A stretch of 48,544 bases of DNA from positions 1 through 48,544 of the forward strand of contig JBKPBU010000339.1 in NCBI GenBank assembly GCA_046727015.1, written 5' to 3'. Numbering within the stretch: position 1 is the stretch's first letter; every line of letters begins with the position of its first letter. Shown here in pieces: positions 28,478 to 36,448 of this stretch. The translations under genes were made by a program, and so were the position numbers. The notes below the pieces were generated by a model. That model was not told the origin of the DNA, searched no databases, and worked only from the letters and a program-made list of their open reading frames with translations. The stretch is from Candidatus Methylomirabilota bacterium (GTDB taxonomy: Bacteria > Methylomirabilota > Methylomirabilia > Rokubacteriales > CSP1-6).

Positions 28478-29068
28478 TCACACGTCGTACTCGGAGGACA
28501 GCGGCACGGAGGCGATGCCCGTGTAGCGCGCCCCTGAAGTGTACAGATCGCTCCGCATGAGCGCGATCGACGTGACCGGCATGGTCCCGAAGGAAGCCGT
28601 CGCCCCGCGCGTCACCGCTGAGCGGAGCTCCGCCATGCCCTCGCGCCGCCAGCTCTTTTCGTCGGTGACCCGGCCGATGGTGACGTGCGCCTGCCAGGCG
28701 CGGGCTTCGATGGGCACGCCTCGCCGCTCGAGCGCCTCGGCCACGCGGGCCTGGAGCCGCTGCACCTCGGGCACGCCGTCGGAGATGCCCAGCCAGAGGG
28801 TACGCGGATGATCGAGACCGGGGAAGGCGCCCATCCCCTTGACGCTCAGCGTGAAGGTCGGCACGCCCGAGGCGGCCTCCTCGAGCGCCGGCACCACATC
28901 GGCCAGCTGCTCCTCCGTTTGGTCTCCCAGGAACCGGAGCGTCAGGTGGAGGTTGTGAGGTGGCACCCAGACGACGGCCTTCGAGAGCGGGCGCATCCGG
29001 TCGATCTGCGCGGAGACAGCCCGCCGGATCGGCTCGTCCAGGAGGACGGCGACGAAGGCGCGAGGCAT
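28478..29068 (-). CDS. thpR: RNA 2',3'-cyclic phosphodiesterase (2H family, ThpR/LigT)
   Basis: Two HxT motifs (HLTLRF and HVTIGR) in a 196-aa protein. The ATG shares one base with the cinA stop (TGATG). Confidence 0.8.
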   Translation of the reverse strand: MPRAFVAVLLDEPIRRAVSAQIDRMRPLSKAVVWVPPHNLHLTLRFLGDQTEEQLADVVPALEEAASGVPTFTLSVKGMGAFPGLDHPRTLWLGISDGVPEVQRLQARVAEALERRGVPIEARAWQAHVTIGRVTDEKSWRREGMAELRSAVTRGATASFGTMPVTSIALMRSDLYTSGARYTGIASVPLSSEYDV

Positions 29069-30291
29069 CAGCCCAGGAGCCGGCGGCGAAGCATGTCGAG
29101 CGCCGTCTGGGACGACTGCCACTTGATCGCCACGCGGTCGCCGGAGAACCGGCAGCGGAGCGTCTCGACCCCCGCCGGGGTCGCGCAGCCGATGTACACC
29201 GTGCCGACCGGCTTCTCCGCGCTTCCGCCGTCGGGGCCTGCGATGCCCGTGACGGCCAAGCCGCAGGAAGACCCCGAGATGCGGCAGACACCCGCCGCCA
29301 TCGCCTGGGCGACCGGCGCGCTGACGGCGCCGTGGGCCCGCAGGAGCGGCTCGGGGACTCCAAGAAGCTCTTCCTTGGCGCGGTTCGAGTAGACGATGAC
29401 GCCGCGCTCGACGTAGCGCGAGGAGCCCGCGATATTGGTCAGCCGGTGGCCGAGGAGCCCGCCCGTGCACGACTCGGCGAGCGAAACCGTCCATCCCCGG
29501 TCGAGGAGGAGTCGTCCGACCACGGCCTCGAGCAGGTCGTCGTCCTGTCCATAGCAGTCGGCGCCGAGCGCCGCGCGGACCTCGACCTCGACCGGTGCCA
29601 GCGCGGCCTCGGCGAGGGCGCGGGTGGCGCCGCGCGCGAGCAATCGGACGTTGACATCGCCCTCGGTCGGCACGCAGGAAACGGCGACGTCGCCCTCCTT
29701 GCCGAGCCATGAGCCGACGCGCGCCTCGGCCTCCGCCGCCGAGAGCCCGGTCGTCAGGAGCACGCGCTGGACCACCGCCTCCTCAGCTGAAAGCCCCGCC
29801 GATGCCTTGAGAAAGTCGCTCACCATGCTCCCGAGGTGAGGAGAGCCCGCGGGCAGGACGACGACGCTCCCGTTCTTCGTCGGGAGCGACCAGCCGTCCA
29901 AGCCGTCGGGAGCCGCGGGCAGGAGTTCGGCGCCCTTGGGCAGCAGCCCGAGCCGGTCGAGCCTCCTCGGCATGGCCTGGCCCCGCTGGGCGAAGGAGCT
30001 CTCGAGCAGCGCCAGGCGGCGCTCGTTGAGGACGAGGCGTGCGCCGGTGATGCGGGCCATCACGCGCGGCACCAGCTCTCCTGCCGAGCCGCCGGCAGCG
30101 CAGAGCACGACCGTGAGCCCGCCGGCCTCGAGCGCTCCGCGGAGCGCGGGCTCGAGCGCCGCCTCGCTCGGATCCACGATATGGCGGGACACGACCAGGG
30201 CGCCGAGGCCGGCAAGCGCGCGCGCCACCTCCCGGGCTGCCCGGTCGTCGGCGCCACCGTCCGATACCGTCAGCACGTGAGCCGGGCTCAT
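29068..30291 (-). CDS. cinA: CinA-family competence/damage-inducible protein (nicotinamide-nucleotide amidohydrolase domain)
   Basis: The C-terminal LAESCTGGLLGHRLT ... GLAVTGIAGP is the PncC-type domain, and an N-terminal MoCF-like domain is present. The ATG at 30291 forms an ATGA overlap with the pgpA stop. Confidence 0.85.
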   Translation of the reverse strand: MSPAHVLTVSDGGADDRAAREVARALAGLGALVVSRHIVDPSEAALEPALRGALEAGGLTVVLCAAGGSAGELVPRVMARITGARLVLNERRLALLESSFAQRGQAMPRRLDRLGLLPKGAELLPAAPDGLDGWSLPTKNGSVVVLPAGSPHLGSMVSDFLKASAGLSAEEAVVQRVLLTTGLSAAEAEARVGSWLGKEGDVAVSCVPTEGDVNVRLLARGATRALAEAALAPVEVEVRAALGADCYGQDDDLLEAVVGRLLLDRGWTVSLAESCTGGLLGHRLTNIAGSSRYVERGVIVYSNRAKEELLGVPEPLLRAHGAVSAPVAQAMAAGVCRISGSSCGLAVTGIAGPDGGSAEKPVGTVYIGCATPAGVETLRCRFSGDRVAIKWQSSQTALDMLRRRLLG

Positions 30292-30755
30292 CGCGGCACC
30301 CCGAAGAGCATGCGCGCGCCCATCACAAGCACGAGCGCGTATGTGCCCGCGATCAGGTCGTCCACCACGACGCCAAAGCCGCCGCGCAGGGACTGGGCCT
30401 CGCGCGCCGGAAAGGGCTTCCAGATGTCGAAGAGGCGAAAAAGGAGGAAGGCGCAGAAGAGGACGGCCGGCGTGCGGGGGAGCAGCGCCACCGAGACCAT
30501 CATGCCCGCCACCTCGTCGATCACGATCACGCCGGGGTCCTTGCGCTCGAGGACAGCCTCGACGCGGCTGGAGGCCCAGGTGCCGACGACCAGGACGGCC
30601 GCGAGCGCGGACCAGAAGCCGAATCCGGAGAACGGGATGAGCCAGAGCCCGAGCGCCGCGACCAGGCTGCCGGCGGTGCCGGGCGCAACGGGGAAATAGC
30701 CGGCTCCCGCGCCGCTGGCGATGGCAAAGGCCAGGCGGTCGGAGAATCGGATCAG
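30288..30755 (-). CDS. pgpA: Phosphatidylglycerophosphatase A
   Basis: YFPVAPGTAGSL ... DPGVIVIDEVAGMM. The homologous N-terminus begins immediately after the rimO TAG in the same frame. No ATG, GTG or TTG occurs until 30530, so the start is assigned to the CTG at 30755 (or the ATC at 30752). Confidence 0.72.
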   Translation of the reverse strand: MIRFSDRLAFAIASGAGAGYFPVAPGTAGSLVAALGLWLIPFSGFGFWSALAAVLVVGTWASSRVEAVLERKDPGVIVIDEVAGMMVSVALLPRTPAVLFCAFLLFRLFDIWKPFPAREAQSLRGGFGVVVDDLIAGTYALVLVMGARMLFGVPR

Positions 30756-32066
30756 CTACTCCCCCACGAGCTCGTAGCCGTCCACTTCGACGATGCGGAC
30801 CTCCGCGAAGCGTCCGGGCGCAAGCTTGGGATCGCGAAGATACACGACGCCGTCGATCTCCGGCGCCTGGCCCGCCGTCCTCCCCTCGAGCGGAAAGGCG
30901 GGGTCGGCGCTCTTGCCGTCCACGAGGACGGTCTGCTTCGTGCCGTACAGCGCCTTCTGGCGCTGCCAGGCCAGGCGGTCTTGAAGATCCTGGACCTGGT
31001 GCGCGCGCTCGGCCATCACGTCGGCGGGCACCTGGTCCGGCATGGTGGCGGCAGGCGTGCCCTCCTCGACCGAGTACGTGAACACGCCGAGGCGGTCGAA
31101 AGCCGCGTCTTCCACGAAACCGAGAAGGTTGTCGAAGGCGGTGTCTGTCTCGCCGGGGAAGCCAACGAGGACCGTGGTTCGGATCGTCACGCCGGGAATC
31201 GCGTCCCGGAATTGCGCGACGATGTCCTTCATCCGGCGGGCGGTCACCGCGCGGCGCATGGCGCGAAGGATAGCGTCGTCGCCGTGCTGCACCGGCATGT
31301 CCAGATACGGGACTACGCGCGCGCGGCGCCACTTGTCCACGAGGCGGTCGTTGACGTGCGCGGGATGCACGTACATGGGCCTGATCCACGGCATGCGGGT
31401 GTCGGAGAGCGCGAGGAGCAGGTCGCCGATGTCCCCGTTGCCGGGCAGCTCGCGGCCGTAGGCGAGCGTGTCCTGGGACACGAGCACGGCTTCCTGGATC
31501 CCCTGCCTGGCCAGCCCCTCGACCTCGGCGACTATGTCCGCGAGCCTGCGGCTCCTGTGCGCTCCCCGGAACTGCGGAATGGCGCAAAAGGTGCAGCCCA
31601 TGTCGCAGCCTTCGGCGATCTTCACGTACGCGTACGGGACGCGGGCGGTCAACAGCCGCGGCGTCGTCGCGTCGTAGAGATATCCGGGCGGCGCGCCCGT
31701 GATCCACTCCTGCCGGCTGTCCGCCTGATTGACGAGCTCCACGATCCGGTCGAGCTCGGACGTGCCGAGAATCGCCGTGACCTCGGGAATCTCGCTCAGG
31801 ATCTCGCCCCCGTAGCGCTGGGTGAGACACCCGGTCACGATGAGGGCGCGCGCGCGGCCGGCTTCCTTCACGCGCGCCAACTCGAGAATCGTCTGGACCG
31901 ATTCCTCGCGTGCCCGGTCGATGAAGGCGCAGGTATTGACGACAAGGCAGTCGGCGGCCTCCGCGGCATCCGTGATCTCGTGGCCGGACCGGGCAAGCAT
32001 GCCCAGCATCAGCTCGGAATCCACCTGGTTCTTCGGGCAGCCGAGGGTGGTGAAATGGACTTTCAT
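30756..32066 (-). CDS. rimO: Ribosomal protein S12 methylthiotransferase RimO (radical SAM)
   Basis: MKVHFTTLGCPKNQVDSE, radical-SAM CDMGCTFCAIP, and a TRAM-like C-terminus. Confidence 0.9.
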   Translation of the reverse strand: MKVHFTTLGCPKNQVDSELMLGMLARSGHEITDAAEAADCLVVNTCAFIDRAREESVQTILELARVKEAGRARALIVTGCLTQRYGGEILSEIPEVTAILGTSELDRIVELVNQADSRQEWITGAPPGYLYDATTPRLLTARVPYAYVKIAEGCDMGCTFCAIPQFRGAHRSRRLADIVAEVEGLARQGIQEAVLVSQDTLAYGRELPGNGDIGDLLLALSDTRMPWIRPMYVHPAHVNDRLVDKWRRARVVPYLDMPVQHGDDAILRAMRRAVTARRMKDIVAQFRDAIPGVTIRTTVLVGFPGETDTAFDNLLGFVEDAAFDRLGVFTYSVEEGTPAATMPDQVPADVMAERAHQVQDLQDRLAWQRQKALYGTKQTVLVDGKSADPAFPLEGRTAGQAPEIDGVVYLRDPKLAPGRFAEVRIVEVDGYELVGE

Positions 32067-32128
32067 GACGCGGCTTTATGATCCCACACCCCGTCATGGA
32101 GAGTCAAACAACCCTCGACGGAACAAGT

Positions 32129-32157
32129 TTGAGCGTGGCGCGTTACAGGTGTATGGT
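32129..32157 (+). promoter_or_regulatory. Candidate promoter giving a leaderless or near-leaderless transcript
   Basis: TTGAGC, 17-nt spacer, TATGGT, then 7 nt (ACCCGCC) to the ATG at 32165. There is no Shine-Dalgarno sequence. Confidence 0.35.
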
Positions 32158-32164
32158 ACCCGCC

Positions 32165-32557
32165 ATGTCAGGCCTGTTCCGATCGGCGAGACCGTTTGCT
32201 GTGGCACTCCTGACCGCGCTTCTCGTGCTCGGGGTCAACGGCTTCGAGGGCGCGATCCACTCGGTCCATCATCTGCCCGCTTCCCCCGCTCCCACCAAGG
32301 CCCCTGCTCACGACTACTCGAGCCACGGTCACGACGGGCACGGCGATGCGCCGGACCCCGGAAGGGAGGAGCCGTGCTCCATCGCTGCGGCCACCTCCCA
32401 TGCCTCGGCAGCCAGCGTAGAGCCGCCCACGGCTCTCGCCCCAGTGCCTATCGCGCTCGAGCCTGTGGCCCTCGGGGCGACCGATCCACCGCGCACCGCC
32501 TGGCGTGAGCCAGGGTCCGGACGCGCGCCTCCCTCCGTCGGCAGGATCTCGAGCTAA
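32165..32557 (+). CDS. Small exported His-rich protein, hypothetical
   Basis: Signal/anchor-like N-terminus (FRSARPFAVALLTALLVLGV), followed by HSVHH and HDYSSHGHDGHGD clusters. Start chosen at the ATG at 32165 rather than the track start at 32078. Confidence 0.4.
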   Translation: MSGLFRSARPFAVALLTALLVLGVNGFEGAIHSVHHLPASPAPTKAPAHDYSSHGHDGHGDAPDPGREEPCSIAAATSHASAASVEPPTALAPVPIALEPVALGATDPPRTAWREPGSGRAPPSVGRISS

Positions 32558-32643
32558 CCCGCCGCCACACCGGGAGCCCTCCGGCGACGTTTGCCGCGCC
32601 TCGGCGCCGCGGCAGCGTTTCCACCTTCGACTGGAGGACACCG

Positions 32644-33612
32644 ATGAGATCGCGCCGTCTTGCTGCAACAGCGGCCGCCGTGCTGCTGGCCTTCGGCTCG
32701 TGGCCCGCGCAGGCGATCGCGCACGGGCTGGCTGGCAAGCGCTTCTTCCCTTCCACGCTGACGATCGACGACCCGTTCGTCTCCGACGAGCTCTCGCTGC
32801 CGACCTTCCTGCTGTTCAAGGAGCCCAGCGACGGGGAGGCGCCGTCGAGCAAGACCGCGAACATCTCGGGCGAGTTCTCGAAGCGCATCTTCCCCAACCT
32901 CGGGCTGACGCTCGCCGGAGAATGGAACAACCTCGACCCGGCGCCGAACGACAGGACCGAAAGCGGCTTCGGCAATCTCGAGATGACGCTCAAGTACCAG
33001 TTTTTCACCAGCGCCGCCCACGAGACGATTCTCTCCGCGGCCTTCGGCTGGGAGGCGGGCGGCACGGGCCGGAAGAAGGCTGGCGCCGAATCCTTCGACG
33101 TCTTCAAGCCTGCCCTCCTCTTTGGCAAGGGCATGGGCGACCTGCCAGACGTGCTCAACTGGCTCAAGCCGTTCGCAGTCACCGGCATCGTCGAGGGCGT
33201 GCTGCCGTCCCGCAGCGGCAACAAGACCTACACGCTCAATGACGACGGCGATCTCGAGGTCGACATCGAGAAGAACCCCAACGTGCTGCACTGGGGCTTC
33301 GCGGTCATGTACAGCCTGCCGTATCTCCAGTCGTTCGTGAAGGACGTGGGGCTGCCGGCCGTGATCAGGCAATTGATTCCGCTCGTGGAGATCGACATCA
33401 ACAACCCGCTCGACCGCGGCTTCGCCGGCAAGACCACCGGCACGGTCAACCCCGGCATCATCTGGGCGGGCAAGTACTTCCAGCTCGGGCTCGAAGCCGT
33501 CGTGCCGATCAACGAGCGCACCGGCAAGGTCATAGGCGTCCGGGGCCAGATCCACTTCTTCCTCGACGACATCTTCCCCACGACGATCGGGCGGCCGCTG
33601 TTCAACTGGTGA
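32644..33612 (+). CDS. Putative outer-membrane beta-barrel protein
   Basis: Signal peptide ending AQA-IAHG, alternating amphipathic strands, and a C-terminal aromatic residue (PLFNW). GGAGGA RBS. Family assignment (possibly MetA-pathway/transporter-like) is not verified. Confidence 0.5.
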   Translation: MRSRRLAATAAAVLLAFGSWPAQAIAHGLAGKRFFPSTLTIDDPFVSDELSLPTFLLFKEPSDGEAPSSKTANISGEFSKRIFPNLGLTLAGEWNNLDPAPNDRTESGFGNLEMTLKYQFFTSAAHETILSAAFGWEAGGTGRKKAGAESFDVFKPALLFGKGMGDLPDVLNWLKPFAVTGIVEGVLPSRSGNKTYTLNDDGDLEVDIEKNPNVLHWGFAVMYSLPYLQSFVKDVGLPAVIRQLIPLVEIDINNPLDRGFAGKTTGTVNPGIIWAGKYFQLGLEAVVPINERTGKVIGVRGQIHFFLDDIFPTTIGRPLFNW

Positions 33613-33983
33613 GGATGAAGACGCTCGGCCCGGCTGTCGCGTTGGCGGCGCTCCTGTTCGGGTCGAGCGCGGCGTGGAGCCACGCCTTCCTCGAGCGCGC
33701 CGAGCCCCGCGTCGGCAGTACGGTCAAGTCGCCCCCGTCGCAGGTGCGCGCGTGGTTCACGCAGGAGCTGGAGCCCGCCTTCAGCACCCTCGAGGTGATG
33801 AACCAATCCGGCAAGCGGGTCGACCGTGGCCCGGCGCAGGTCGACGCGGCCAGCAGGGCTCTCCTCCAGGTGCCGCTCAACCCGCTGAGCCCCGGCACCT
33901 ACCGCGTCAAGTGGCGCGTGCTCTCGGTGGACACCCACGTCACCGAGGGCGATTTCACCTTCACCGTCTCCACCAGCCCTTAG
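33609..33983 (+). CDS. copC: CopC-domain periplasmic copper-binding protein
   Basis: Signal peptide, then a mature N-terminus HAFLERAEPRVGS, and TYRVKWRVLSVDTHVTEGDFTF, a typical CopC fold signature. The GTG at 33609 forms a GTGA overlap with the upstream stop. The ATG at 33615 is an alternative. Confidence 0.8.
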   Translation: MRMKTLGPAVALAALLFGSSAAWSHAFLERAEPRVGSTVKSPPSQVRAWFTQELEPAFSTLEVMNQSGKRVDRGPAQVDAASRALLQVPLNPLSPGTYRVKWRVLSVDTHVTEGDFTFTVSTSP

Positions 33984-33989
33984 CGCTCC

Positions 33990-34173
33990 GCAGGGCGGCG
34001 AGAAGGGTCCAGATGCGAGGCGGCGACCGAGAGCTGCGGGCGAGGCGTATGACTGTCTCAGCCCTCGCCTCGTGGCTTCGCCCCTCAGCTCGAACTGCCA
34101 CGAGCCCGCAGCCGAGGGAGCCCCAATAGGTAACTACGTCTGGGTCGCAGCGGGGCCCTTATCGGCGGCCTGC
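33990..34173 (+). repeat. Hairpin-forming intergenic repeat, copy D (expanded centre)
   Basis: GCAGGGCGGCGAGAAGGGTCC ... GGGGCCCTTATCGGCGGCCTGC termini, arms GCTGCGGGC/GCCCGCAGC, and a longer divergent central part. Its last base is part of the htrA-like stop codon. Confidence 0.85.
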
Positions 34174-35195
34174 TACTGCGTTTTGCCGCTGAGCTCGACG
34201 ATCTTGCCCGCGCGGAGGACCTTCATCGTGAATGGAGTGCCGGCAGCCGCGCCTGACAGCCGATGGCGGATCTTCTCTATGTTGTCGTCCGAGCCCACGG
34301 CCATGCCGTCGACTGACAGGATGACGTCGCCGCCCACCGCGATCTGCTGGCCGCCGATCGTGGCGATCTTCTCCCCGCCCAAGAGCCCCATGTCCCAACC
34401 GATCGAGCCCTGGGCCACCGTCTTGACGAGAAAGCCCGCGGGCTCGGGCAGATTGAAGATGGCGGCGAGGTCGCCTGTCAGCATCGTGCCGTCGATCCCG
34501 CTCCAGAAGGATTTCCCCTCGAGCAGGAGCCTCTTGGCCGTGTTGATAGTCACGACGAAGCCCAGTCCTTCGCTGCCGCCGGACTTCGAGATATTGTGGC
34601 TGACGATCCCGATCACTTCGGCCGCCATGCTGAACATCGGCCCGCCCGAGTTGCCCGTGTTGATCGTGGCGGTGGTCTGGAAGAACTCCGCCAGGGGCAT
34701 GCTCTTGTAGACGGTGTTGGGCGGCCAGCGGGCGCTGATCCAGCCCACGCTCATCGAGTGCGCCAGCCCATACGGCGCGCCGATGATCATGACCTGGTCG
34801 CCCACCCGGACGGTGCCCGAATCCGCCATCCGTGCCGGCGTCATGGCCTGGGGCACCCGCTCCATCTGGAGGAGTGAGAGATCGGCGGCGGGCTCGGAGG
34901 CGACGATCTTGGCCGGCACCCGCTCACCGCCGAGGGCCTCGACCGTGATCTCATCCATCGCGTTGACGACGTGCGCGGCCGTCATCACCTTGCCGTCGGC
35001 CGTGATCAGCACGCCCGAGCCCGTCTCGCTGAAGCGGGTGATGCCCACGTTGCTGACGTCCCTCCCTCTCGCCCGGATCACGACGACAGAGGGATTGGCC
35101 TTGCGGAAGACCTCGTTGAGGTTCTGGGACTGGGCAGGTGCGGCGAGCACGACCAGCGCCGATCCGGCGAGCGCGGCTGCGAAGAATCGCTTCAC
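34173..35195 (-). CDS. HtrA/DegP-family periplasmic serine protease with PDZ domain
   Basis: Signal peptide, TAAHVV (His), GNSGGPMF (Ser), and a C-terminal PDZ-like segment. Confidence 0.85.
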   Translation of the reverse strand: MKRFFAAALAGSALVVLAAPAQSQNLNEVFRKANPSVVVIRARGRDVSNVGITRFSETGSGVLITADGKVMTAAHVVNAMDEITVEALGGERVPAKIVASEPAADLSLLQMERVPQAMTPARMADSGTVRVGDQVMIIGAPYGLAHSMSVGWISARWPPNTVYKSMPLAEFFQTTATINTGNSGGPMFSMAAEVIGIVSHNISKSGGSEGLGFVVTINTAKRLLLEGKSFWSGIDGTMLTGDLAAIFNLPEPAGFLVKTVAQGSIGWDMGLLGGEKIATIGGQQIAVGGDVILSVDGMAVGSDDNIEKIRHRLSGAAAGTPFTMKVLRAGKIVELSGKTQ

Positions 35196-35202
35196 GGCGG
35201 CT

Positions 35203-35700
35203 CTAGGTGGACCGGTAGTTCGTGAACTGGAGTGCGACGCCCAGGTCCTTGGACTTGACCAAGGCGATGACGGCCTGGAGGTCGTCGCGGTTCTTGCCCG
35301 AGACGCGCACCTGCTTCTCCTGGATCGAGGCCTGGACCCGGATCTTCGAGTCCTTGATGAGGCGGACGATCTCCTTGGCCTTCTCCATGGGGATACCGTC
35401 CTGGAGCGTGATGCGCTGGCGCACGGTGCCGCCGGCCGCGGGCTCGGGGTCCTTGATCGTCAGCGCCTTGAGGTCCACGCCGCGGCGGTGGAGCTTGGAC
35501 TGGAGGATGTCGAGCACGGCTTTGAGCTTCATGTCGTCGGCCGAGGTCAGGACGAGGTCCATCTTCTCTTCGACGATCTCGTTCTTCGAGCCCTTCAGAT
35601 CGTAGCGCGTCTCCACTTCCCGCCTGGCCTGGTTGACGGCGTTGGCGACCTCCTGCATGTCCACCTTGCACGCGATGTCGAAGCTGTTCTCCGCGGCCAT
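35203..35700 (-). CDS. yajQ: YajQ-family nucleotide-binding protein (UPF0234)
   Basis: SFDIACKVDMQEVANAVNQARREVETRYDLKG, and the 165-aa size is typical. Confidence 0.85.
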   Translation of the reverse strand: MAAENSFDIACKVDMQEVANAVNQARREVETRYDLKGSKNEIVEEKMDLVLTSADDMKLKAVLDILQSKLHRRGVDLKALTIKDPEPAAGGTVRQRITLQDGIPMEKAKEIVRLIKDSKIRVQASIQEKQVRVSGKNRDDLQAVIALVKSKDLGVALQFTNYRST

Positions 35701-35708
35701 GACGGCTC

Positions 35709-36371
35709 CTACTTGATGTCCAGCGGGACTACCGCCGTCCCCTTGGGCGGCGCGAATGCGAAGAGGGTATCACTGAGGCCGGGGTTGAGGACAACCCGGT
35801 TGAACGTCATCGTCACGGTGTTCTGCAGCTGGTCGTAGAGCACAGCCTGGCGGACCAGGTAGTGGTCCTTCGGGTCGACCGTGAGGACCAGTCGCGTCAG
35901 CAGCGGTGTCGGCTTCTTGGGCGTGAGGTCGAGGACGGGCCGGCCGGAAGCGTCCGTCTTGTTGGCCGGGTTGAGGAAGCGCACGGAAAATTCCTCGCGC
36001 ACCTTCCCGAGCCCCTGCAGAAAGCTCCCGGCAGGGCCGGCGAGCGCCTTGGGCGCATCGCCCTTGTTGACCTGGTTGAGCTCCGGCGTGTAGACCCAGA
36101 GGTACGTGCCGTCGGAGATGATCTGCTGGGGCGCCGGACTCTTGTAGTCCCAGCGCATCTTGCCGCCCTTCTTGAGATAGACCGTGCCCTCGGCCTTGAC
36201 GTCCTGCCCGAGGCTCTTGTTCCGCGCCACCTGGTTGAACTCAGCCTGCAAGTCAGCCATCTTGCCGTAGGTCGCTTCGACCGCGTTCACGACCTGGTCC
36301 AGCTCCTGCGCGGGCGCGGAGACGGGGAAGAGGAGGAGACACGCCAGGACGAGGATCGAAGCGCCCCTCAC
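35709..36371 (-). CDS. lolA: Outer-membrane lipoprotein carrier LolA
   Basis: GTVYLKKGGKMRWDYKSP ... ISDGTYLWVYTPE. Start set to the GTG at 36371, which gives a clean signal peptide MRGASILVLACLLLFPVSAPA-QE. The ATG at 36449 would translate through two palindromic repeats. Confidence 0.8.
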   Translation of the reverse strand: MRGASILVLACLLLFPVSAPAQELDQVVNAVEATYGKMADLQAEFNQVARNKSLGQDVKAEGTVYLKKGGKMRWDYKSPAPQQIISDGTYLWVYTPELNQVNKGDAPKALAGPAGSFLQGLGKVREEFSVRFLNPANKTDASGRPVLDLTPKKPTPLLTRLVLTVDPKDHYLVRQAVLYDQLQNTVTMTFNRVVLNPGLSDTLFAFAPPKGTAVVPLDIK

Positions 36372-36375
36372 CCTG

Positions 36376-36398
36376 CCCTCTCCCCTGAGGGGAGAGGG
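36376..36398. repeat. Perfect 23-nt palindrome CCCTCTCCCCT-G-AGGGGAGAGGG
   Basis: Same arms as 1544-1566. Located in the ftsK-lolA junction. Confidence 0.85.
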
Positions 36399-36412
36399 TG
36401 GAAGAGGGACTG

Positions 36413-36433
36413 TCTCTCCACCGAGGGGAGAGA
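36413..36433. repeat. Related short inverted repeat TCTCTCC-N7-GGAGAGA
   Basis: 7-bp arms sharing the GGAGAG core, 14 nt from the 23-nt palindrome. Confidence 0.6.
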
Positions 36434-36448
36434 GTGACTTCGGCCGCA

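Noticed and set aside
30753-30758. RimO-PgpA fusion by programmed TAG readthrough.
   Set aside because: It is possible in principle because the two genes share a frame. However, I see no readthrough-promoting context, and the two proteins are separate in other bacteria. Reinitiation at a non-canonical start is the simpler reading. It is kept as an alternative under the pgpA finding.
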